Assembly: GCA_048882505.1 (NCBI GenBank)
Contig: JBHLRO010000011.1
Span: forward strand, 1 to 32,000
DNA length: 32,000 nt
Source of the DNA: Candidatus Thorarchaeota archaeon
Lineage (GTDB): Archaea; Asgardarchaeota; Heimdallarchaeia; Hodarchaeales; Hodarchaeaceae
Reading direction: 5' to 3'
Shown: positions 25,669-32,000 of the stretch, one piece after another
Numbering within the stretch: the first letter of the stretch is position 1
Layout: each line of letters opens with the position of its first letter
Translations under genes and position numbers: made by a program
The notes under the pieces: model-generated
What the model was told of the DNA's origin: nothing
Seen by the model: the letters and a program-made list of their open reading frames with translations, nothing else
Databases searched by the model: none

Positions 25669-26646
25669 TTAATAGTTGTAAATCCGTTTAATGGCTTCAA
25701 ATACACGGGCTGTCGATGGAAGGTAGTCCAATTCCAATGGCGGGCCCGGAAAAGGGGTATCGAAACCCGTGATTCGAAGGATAGGACCTTCCATGTACTC
25801 AATCCATCTTTCTGCAACTAATGCTGAGAGTTCTGCACCAAATCCACTTGTTTTTGGGGCTTCAGTGACACTGATGACCCGTCCGGTCTTTTTTACTGAC
25901 CTCGCGATCAGTTCAATATCAAGGGGTACCAATGATCTTAGGTCGACCACCTCGCATTCGATATTAAGCTTTTCAGCGGCAGTTTCCGCTGCCTCCAGAG
26001 CTACGTGTAACATTGCGCCATAAGACAACAGAGTAAGATCGTTGCCCTCACGTGAAATCTTTCCCTTGCCAATTGGAACAGTATATTCCCCAGTGGGCAC
26101 ATCTTCTTTGAATGCTCTATAGAGTCGTTTTGGTTCCATAAACAAAACAGGATCAGGGTCTCTCATTGCTGATGTGAGGAGTCCCTTTGTGTCATAGGGA
26201 TTACTTGGAACAACAACCTTTAATCCTGCTGTATGCGTGAAAAATGTTTCAGGTGATTGGCTATGATAATGAGCACCTCGAATTCCACCTCCATACGGCG
26301 ATCGGATTACCAATGGGCATGTGAACATTCCACCACTCCGATATCTAAATTTTGCCACTTCAGAAACAATCTGATCCATCCCAGGGAAGATAAAGTCAAT
26401 AAACTGAATTTCTGCAACAGGCCTTAGTCCATAAAGCGCCATCCCTACCGCAAAACCAATTATTCCGCTTTCATTTAATGGAGTGTCCAGTACTCGTTCA
26501 GATCCAAACTTTTCAAGGAGGCCTTGTGTTGCTCGAAAAACGCCTCCATTCGGGCCGATATCTTCACCAAGCAGAATCACTCGCTCATTCTTTTCCATTT
26601 CTTCTTCCAAGGCTAAACGAACTGCTTCAACTAATGTAATATCCAT
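25669..26646 (-). CDS. pdhB: 2-oxoacid dehydrogenase E1 beta subunit
   Basis: GEDIG..GGVFRAT, DTPLNESGIIG, EIQF.DF, HSQSPE, EPKRLY, EVVDLRSL.PLD. Confidence 0.96.
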   Translation of the reverse strand: MDITLVEAVRLALEEEMEKNERVILLGEDIGPNGGVFRATQGLLEKFGSERVLDTPLNESGIIGFAVGMALYGLRPVAEIQFIDFIFPGMDQIVSEVAKFRYRSGGMFTCPLVIRSPYGGGIRGAHYHSQSPETFFTHTAGLKVVVPSNPYDTKGLLTSAMRDPDPVLFMEPKRLYRAFKEDVPTGEYTVPIGKGKISREGNDLTLLSYGAMLHVALEAAETAAEKLNIECEVVDLRSLVPLDIELIARSVKKTGRVISVTEAPKTSGFGAELSALVAERWIEYMEGPILRITGFDTPFPGPPLELDYLPSTARVFEAIKRIYNY

Positions 26647-27758
26647 TAATCTTCCCTCCTTTTAATGGTTGCAAGTTCTTGATACTGTTCTTTGAGGTGC
26701 CACGGCTGGGTTTCATATACATCAGTAAACAAGGATCCTATATCTGGAATCTCTTTCGATTCCGCTTTTTTGATTAAATCGTTCAAAATTTTGTCATATT
26801 TTTCCCTGATTCCCTTTTCGGCATCCTTTTTAACCAGATCTTTGTTAACTAGGTATTTGTAAAACCTTGAAATTGGTTCTTGCTCTTTCCACCTTTCTAG
26901 TTCTTCTTTTGGACGATATCTGGTCGGGTCATCACTACTGGTATGAGGACCAATTCGATATGTAACACCCTCAATGAATGTTGGCCCATCTCCACTTCGA
27001 GCACGCTCTGCTGCCTCGGACACCGCTGCATATACTGCTAAAACATCATTTCCATCGACTCGAATACCTGGGATTCCATAGCCTCTTGCTTTGTCGGCTA
27101 ATGCAGCAGCAGCGGTTTGCTGAGCTAATGGAACAGAAATCGCCCATTGATTGTTTTGGCAGAAAAAAATGGTTGGCGTCTTGAACACACCCCCAAAATT
27201 CAGGCCAGAATGAAAGTCATTGGAGGATGTGGCCCCGTCTCCAAAGAACACAATACTTATCCGATCTTCTTTGAGATATTTTTGCGCATAACCAATGCCC
27301 GCTGCATGAATCACCTGTGTTCCAATCGGCGCGGAGGGGTTCACAAAAAAATATTTGTCTCGTTCCCCAAATAATCCTGGGAGGCGGCGGCCCTTTTGAG
27401 GATCGTCCCGATTGCAAAACCAGTGATCAATCAACTTTTCTAAGGGATATCCTCTATATAAGGCGATCCCCGGCTCTCTATAAGCGGGAACCACCCAGTC
27501 ATCAGATTTTAATGCAGCAACTGCACCAATCTGAGTTGCTTCCTGGCCCGTTGAAGGTATATTAAAAGCTATACGTCCTTGGCGTTGGAGTCTCATTCCC
27601 TTTTCGTCGAGAAGCCGTAAAAGAATCATGGTGTCGAACATTTTTATTAAATCTTTTTTTGGAATATTGGGCTCAGTAGATTGTATAGAACCCTCTGGTG
27701 TTATAATTTGACGAATTTCCATTTCGGCTCTATCCCGAAGTTCTGCTCTGTGAGTCAA
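26646..27758 (-). CDS. pdhA: 2-oxoacid dehydrogenase E1 alpha subunit (TTG 27758 or ATG 27722 start)
   Basis: LQRQGRI, GQEA, TPP motif GDGATS..QNNQWAIS, VDGND, HTSSDDP. Substrate (pyruvate versus branched-chain) cannot be fixed by eye. Confidence 0.95.
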   Translation of the reverse strand: MTHRAELRDRAEMEIRQIITPEGSIQSTEPNIPKKDLIKMFDTMILLRLLDEKGMRLQRQGRIAFNIPSTGQEATQIGAVAALKSDDWVVPAYREPGIALYRGYPLEKLIDHWFCNRDDPQKGRRLPGLFGERDKYFFVNPSAPIGTQVIHAAGIGYAQKYLKEDRISIVFFGDGATSSNDFHSGLNFGGVFKTPTIFFCQNNQWAISVPLAQQTAAAALADKARGYGIPGIRVDGNDVLAVYAAVSEAAERARSGDGPTFIEGVTYRIGPHTSSDDPTRYRPKEELERWKEQEPISRFYKYLVNKDLVKKDAEKGIREKYDKILNDLIKKAESKEIPDIGSLFTDVYETQPWHLKEQYQELATIKRRED

Positions 27759-27896
27759 ATTAAAGATCGTTAATTAACTTTAAGCCTTCAAGAAATCGTA
27801 GTACTTAAGAACATTTCAAAAAATCCTGAATCACAAATCCCAACGGGAAATAATGTATTCAATCCTCAAATATCGGTTTTGAAGTAAATGGAGCGC

Positions 27897-27903
27897 TATA
27901 AAA
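27897..27903 (+). promoter_or_regulatory. Candidate TATA box for a leaderless small ORF
   Basis: TATAAAA centred about 27 nt upstream of ATG 27927. Confidence 0.5.
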
Positions 27904-27926
27904 CATCGCCAGCGGTCTTATTACGC

Positions 27927-28046
27927 ATGTCAAACGATTCATTATGGATAAATTTTGTTGAAACTGTTTGTAGCCTATGTGACAAGAATACATGCAGCCA
28001 CGGCGAAGCCAAACATTGTTTTGACGACTGGATGTTCGCCGATTAA
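27927..28046 (+). CDS. Candidate 39-aa four-cysteine microprotein (not in ORF track; upstream in-frame ATG at 27888)
   Basis: MSNDSLWINFVETVCSLCDKNTCSHGEAKHCFDDWMFAD, C-x2-C-x4-C-x7-C; fills an otherwise empty gap and has a TATA at leaderless spacing. Confidence 0.6.
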   Translation: MSNDSLWINFVETVCSLCDKNTCSHGEAKHCFDDWMFAD

Positions 28047-28099
28047 CTTCCAGACGGCATAGGCCACGTAAACCCTCGAGCCTAGGTAGAGTTTTTCGT

Positions 28100-28573
28100 T
28101 CAATCCATAAACCAGGCCGAATTCCTGATGTGGTCGATATCTACCGACAACCAGTCTTCTTGACGTTGGAGACGCGTTTCATGGAGAAGACGGATGTATA
28201 GAAAATCCTCTGGGTTATAGAGGTAAACGTTCCATACTTTTCCCTCTATGATCTCGAACTCTTGAATCCCCGTATCCGTAATAGTACCTGAGCCCACTTC
28301 AAGCTTTATTATCTCCCCTTTAATACGAGAAAGACTATCATCAATGGTTAGGCTGATTTTCTGTAATAGGCTGTCTAAAGTCCTACGCTGATCCGAGAAT
28401 ATGTTCCACATTACCACAATATTGCTTGCACGCTGCTGTAACCTAGGAGGGTGAGTTTGGGTCCGATCTGGTATCTCAACATCTATCAAATGTTCAATCT
28501 GCAAAATTATTTGACGTAACACCTTGGGAAGGGAATTCAGATCGGCAGAAAGAGATCCAACCTCCGAATCCAT
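28100..28573 (-). CDS. Hypothetical protein
   Basis: 157-aa ORF, helical N-half and beta-like C-half, 41 nt downstream of the RING gene on the same strand. Confidence 0.7.
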   Translation of the reverse strand: MDSEVGSLSADLNSLPKVLRQIILQIEHLIDVEIPDRTQTHPPRLQQRASNIVVMWNIFSDQRRTLDSLLQKISLTIDDSLSRIKGEIIKLEVGSGTITDTGIQEFEIIEGKVWNVYLYNPEDFLYIRLLHETRLQRQEDWLSVDIDHIRNSAWFMD

Positions 28574-28614
28574 CTTTTTCCTTCTCTTTACATCAGTTAA
28601 AGTACATTAAATGT

Positions 28615-28953
28615 TTACCATTTATTCTGACAATAAGGACAATGGTTTTTTCGGGAAAGCCATCGCAGCATATGCTCTTGATGCGCTTTCCGATGGCAGT
28701 GACGGCATTCCATGAACGTGCGGGCATCCTTCCCTTGAAGATCTAACGGCTTCCAACAGATCATACACGTTTCGGGCGTACCTACGGTGTTCCACTCTCC
28801 AATAGGCCTAGATCGCATTCTGATGGAGGATATTTCGTGAGGAAAAGGAAAAAAAATCCGGGGAAAGGTTATCAAGGTCTTAGAAGAAGCATTGTTAACG
28901 ATTTTGGCCCTTAAACGAATGAAAGTAAGATTCTCTGAAAGTTTAGGATCCAT
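28615..28953 (-). CDS. RING-finger protein, putative E3 ligase (true start may be ATG 28818)
   Basis: CMIC-x16-CRHC-x4-H-x2-H-x3-W-x6-CPYC. Confidence 0.85.
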   Translation of the reverse strand: MDPKLSENLTFIRLRAKIVNNASSKTLITFPRIFFPFPHEISSIRMRSRPIGEWNTVGTPETCMICWKPLDLQGKDARTFMECRHCHRKAHQEHMLRWLSRKNHCPYCQNKW

Positions 28954-29350
28954 TCTCTGTCACTTGGTCGAGACGACCTAATATTCTTGTAAGCTCTTCC
29001 TTAAGGGCAAGGAGATCCGCTTTTTCCACAAGTTTATGATTTGTGAGAAGATCCTGCTGCTCTTGGGATTTTTTTTCATTTTGTGCCAACTGCACAACCA
29101 ATTTGGAAAGTGCTTTGCCCAGGCTAGTTAGCTTTTCGTAAAACGAATCTATTGATTGGCTGATATCTGTCAGATTAGTATTAATTTGGTTAATCTGGGC
29201 GCTTAATCCAGCAATTTCACTGTACACATAATTAATTGCCGTTTCAAGGCCTTCCATTGTAGGTACTGCACCCTTGGGAGTTTTAATGCTCTCAATTTCG
29301 ATTTCACGTCGTTGTTGAGTGTTTCGTCTGCGTTGCTGTTGTTCCGCCAT
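28943..29350 (-). CDS. Coiled-coil protein (start MAEQQQ preferred over tracked 29368)
   Basis: About eight consecutive heptads with hydrophobic a/d positions; Gln/Arg-rich N-terminus; no TM segment. Confidence 0.75.
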   Translation of the reverse strand: MAEQQQRRRNTQQRREIEIESIKTPKGAVPTMEGLETAINYVYSEIAGLSAQINQINTNLTDISQSIDSFYEKLTSLGKALSKLVVQLAQNEKKSQEQQDLLTNHKLVEKADLLALKEELTRILGRLDQVTENGS

Positions 29351-29420
29351 AGGTGTTGTCCTTCTCAAGGTTTTTCGATAGTTTTGTCAGATCTAAGGTC
29401 AATAACCATTGAAACCAATG

Positions 29421-29606
29421 TCACTCCCCTGAGTGTACCTTTTGCCTAGAGAACCCGCTGACATGCGGGTGGTAAGCGAGGGTCTGTATTTCAGAGGAGC
29501 CTAGACAGCTATTAGCTTTCAAACTGGTGATTTCGAGTTTCGAACTAGCGATTTGGATGATTTTATTAATATAAACATCTGAAAGTTCTTTCAAGCTTCG
29601 CAACAT
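29421..29606 (-). CDS. Possible small hypothetical protein
   Basis: 61-aa ORF in an otherwise empty gap, same strand as the coiled-coil gene; no motif. Confidence 0.35.
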   Translation of the reverse strand: MLRSLKELSDVYINKIIQIASSKLEITSLKANSCLGSSEIQTLAYHPHVSGFSRQKVHSGE

Positions 29607-29740
29607 ATATGGTTATTTATCTGAAAACCCTTGGTGAATTAACCTTTTATAAACGTTTAAGTAACGTGTCAATCGTAAGGATACGTATTTGAAAACAGGG
29701 ACATTCAGAAAAAGTCAGAAAACGAAAGGAAACGTTCTGA

Positions 29741-30316
29741 TTGCAGGAACTGTCAAAGGGCGTCTATCAAGTCGTTTTGTTAGGCATGAGCAATGTGGGG
29801 AAAACCAGCATCGCGTTTTATTTGGAACATGGATTTCCACCGCCTCGTGTGACGCCAACCATTGCCTTTGGGGTATCGCACGTGGTCATGGACAACGTAG
29901 TGCTTGGGTTGATTGATGTTGGGGGCCAGCGGCGGTTTCTGGATATGCGTTATCACGAACAATTCGTACGAAGGGCAGACGGATTGGTCTTTGTTGTCGA
30001 TAGCTCCAAAAGAGATTTTGCGCGTGATGAAAGATGGCTGAGCGATGCTTTGGAACTGATTTCAATTCGAACTCCAATACTAGTTATCGCCAACAAACAG
30101 GATCTTCCCTCCGCATTGTCTCCAGATTTTCTAGATGAAAATCTGTTCAAACCTACACTCAAAGCAGACTATAACTATTCTATTTTTGGTACCGTGGCTT
30201 CTGACCCAGGCGGAATTCGTAGTGGTGAAAACATCGAACTCGCCTTTCATCATCTAATTGTACAGATGCAAGAGAATCGCGAGCTACTCACTGAGCAGGG
30301 GGGGATCCGTGCTTAA
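29741..30316 (+). CDS. Arf/Arl-like small GTPase
   Basis: G1 GMSNVGKTS, G2 TPTIAFGV, G3 DVGGQ, GLVFVVDSS, G4 ANKQD, G5-like TVAS; TTG start; no Gly2 or long N-terminal helix. Confidence 0.92.
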   Translation: MQELSKGVYQVVLLGMSNVGKTSIAFYLEHGFPPPRVTPTIAFGVSHVVMDNVVLGLIDVGGQRRFLDMRYHEQFVRRADGLVFVVDSSKRDFARDERWLSDALELISIRTPILVIANKQDLPSALSPDFLDENLFKPTLKADYNYSIFGTVASDPGGIRSGENIELAFHHLIVQMQENRELLTEQGGIRA

Positions 30317-30444
30317 CACGCTCCCCTCCTTTCCTCTTACTTCATATTATGTTGTTAATCGTTTATCGTGGGATATCTGATGTATAGGAAAATTGGGGTA
30401 ACCACTACAATTCCTTATACTTGTTTTCCATCAAATTTGGGTAG

Positions 30445-31242
30445 TTGATTAACTTGTTTGAGAAGACTCGTGTTACAACAGGTATTCCTCACCTCGATGC
30501 CCTTTGTGAAGGTGGATTTATCAAAGGGTCAACAAATCTGGTTCTTGGTCCCGCAGGGGCGGGTAAAACGATTTTTGGACTTCAGTTCCTTGCCGAGGGA
30601 GCACGACACCAGGAAAACGGTCTCTTGGTCGCCATGCAGGAAGGACCTTTTGCTGTCCGAAGAGACGCATCAAATTTCACCTTTTATGACGAGTCTCACT
30701 TTGTAGAACCTGAGAAGATTGTAATACTGGATTTTACGCCTAGCGGTTGGGAACTTTGGGATCCCGATAGTTTGACGTTTGCGGAAGAGTCTGAAATGAT
30801 TTTTGAAACCGAAGGGGTTCCGTATGATGAAACTTCGCTTCCTACGTTCTTACACAAGGTCTTCTATAGTATTAGTCAAGTAGTAGAAGAAAAGAAAATA
30901 GAACGCATAGTCATTGATCCTTTAGCAGCGTTCCGTTTCTACGATTTTGGGAACGACTTGGGTTTCTTACGAAAGCTTACAACAGGATTTCTGACGAACA
31001 TTGCAGCTCTCAATGTGACCACAGTCGCCATTTCGGAATTTTCTAACGGGGGTGAAAAAACCCTGTTTGGAGAAGAATACATCACTGATTCAATAATACA
31101 TCTCGATATGCTTTCTGTTCGGGGAGAAATGCTGAGAATTCTCAGAATCACCAAAATGCGAGGTACAAATCATACCCGAAAGACTCTTAGCTTTGAGATA
31201 ACAAACCACGGGCTTACGTTTTTGGAAAACGAGGATTCCTGA
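30445..31242 (+). CDS. KaiC/RAD55-like single-domain ATPase
   Basis: TTGIPHLDAL..GGF, Walker A GPAGAGKT, catalytic QE, Walker B IVID, EEYITD.II.L, R.LRITKMRGTNH. Confidence 0.9.
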   Translation: MINLFEKTRVTTGIPHLDALCEGGFIKGSTNLVLGPAGAGKTIFGLQFLAEGARHQENGLLVAMQEGPFAVRRDASNFTFYDESHFVEPEKIVILDFTPSGWELWDPDSLTFAEESEMIFETEGVPYDETSLPTFLHKVFYSISQVVEEKKIERIVIDPLAAFRFYDFGNDLGFLRKLTTGFLTNIAALNVTTVAISEFSNGGEKTLFGEEYITDSIIHLDMLSVRGEMLRILRITKMRGTNHTRKTLSFEITNHGLTFLENEDS

Positions 31243-31503
31243 TTCTTTAGAACATGATTTCGGAGGGTGAAGTTATCGTTTGCGTCAAACGAGACGGTTT
31301 ATTTTTGACCCGGATTTCAAAAGCTTGAACGACGTCAAAGAGAGTTTTTTTTTGGAAAAGATATTTTGAGTGGTACTTCAAATATAGTCTAACAAAACCG
31401 AGTAACGGTTTGAGGACTGTGATTTCTTGACTCTTCTTATGTGTCGCTGCCAAAATTGACATCTCGGAGTTTTTTAGTAGCAGTTGACCTTGGGTGAAAG
31501 TTA

Positions 31504-32000
31504 GTGAAAAAACGCTATCTAACAATTCTTCTCATAATCTTCCTACAACAATCTATCATTCTTCCTGTTACCAATTACGATTTTGATTTTCAAACCCCCA
31601 CTCCTGGCATCCCCAGTAGTTTAGATAATCCCTATGACTTCACATTCAACGTTTTACTCTCAGTCGATGATTCAAAATGGGCCCATCATGTTGAACCCAC
31701 CATGGCGATTGGGGATAATAACACAATATTTGTAGGATGGAAAAATGCGATTGAGCACGATGGAGGAGGAAGAGGAGTCTCATTTACATATTCAAAGGAC
31801 AGCTTGAATTGGAGTTACCCCGACGATATGGCTCCAGCCTGGTCGACAGGGAGTGGTCAATCAGACCCTTGGATGGTTTATTTCAATCACACACTGTATT
31901 ACTCCTATTTAGAGTTTTCCACAGGAACCCAGGATCCAGGACGAATTTCTTTTGCTCAAACTTCTGATTTAGGATTACATTGGAAACAAGTCAGGGCATC
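31504..32000 (+). CDS. Secreted Asp-box (BNR)/sialidase-like beta-propeller protein, truncated by window end (not in ORF track)
   Basis: GTG start after GGGTGA; MKKRYLTILLIIFLQQSIILP signal-like N-terminus; HVEPTMAI, YSKDSLNWS, QSDPW, QTSDLGLHW; frame open to 32000. Confidence 0.8.
   Translation, partial: MKKRYLTILLIIFLQQSIILPVTNYDFDFQTPTPGIPSSLDNPYDFTFNVLLSVDDSKWAHHVEPTMAIGDNNTIFVGWKNAIEHDGGGRGVSFTYSKDSLNWSYPDDMAPAWSTGSGQSDPWMVYFNHTLYYSYLEFSTGTQDPGRISFAQTSDLGLHWKQVRA

Noticed and set aside
28615-30316. Direct homology of the RING, coiled-coil and Arf genes to TRIM23
   Set aside because: Different RING class, no B-box, genes on opposite strands; retained only as an analogy.
404-31154. Many 60-157 aa tracked ORFs nested within or antisense to recognised genes (for example 404-604, 3334-3582, 5415-5675, 16458-18059 set, 23450-24088, 24491-24964, 26978-27565, 29689-30162)
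   Set aside because: Shadow frames of well-supported CDSs, with no motifs.
31247-31525. 92-aa minus-strand ORF
   Set aside because: Overlaps the start of the Asp-box gene, spans T-rich terminator-like DNA and has no motif. A shorter real ORF cannot be excluded.
1-32000. CRISPR arrays, transposases, integrases or att-site duplications at the tRNAs
   Set aside because: No regularly spaced repeats, no recombinase or transposase motifs, and no duplicated tRNA 3' ends were seen.

Overview
Core-genome window of an Asgard archaeon. Heimdallarchaeia, possibly Hodarchaeales, is inferred from the archaeal translation genes together with a Mak16/eL28-like protein, a ubiquitin E2, a RING protein and an Arf-like GTPase. 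It holds three tRNAs: Pro(UGG), Thr(UGU) and an intron-containing initiator Met. Translation and ribosome-biogenesis genes are srp19-rlmE-trm1, aIF5B-eS6-aIF2gamma-PIN, eL42, metG and an eS30 missing from the ORF track. The window also carries a complete 2-oxoacid dehydrogenase operon (E1a-E1b-E2-E3) with a convergent lipoate ligase, and a secreted Asp-box protein cut by the right edge. No mobile element or CRISPR array was seen. Main observations: (1) an unannotated box C/D sRNA behind the Mak16-like gene whose D guide is predicted to methylate the LSU A1913-equivalent in helix 69, a site modified in eukaryotes; (2) a Sec11-type signal peptidase fused to a TM plus beta-rich domain resembling SPC22/23; (3) an orphan HipA/PI3-4K-like kinase directly behind MetRS; (4) an Ltn1-spaced RING, coiled-coil, Arf and KaiC neighbourhood; (5) a ThiI-like protein that lost its PP-loop but kept its cysteines; (6) a probable CUG-initiated rlmE; (7) a 39-aa four-Cys microprotein. 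All family calls are by eye from motifs and remembered sequences; no searches were run.
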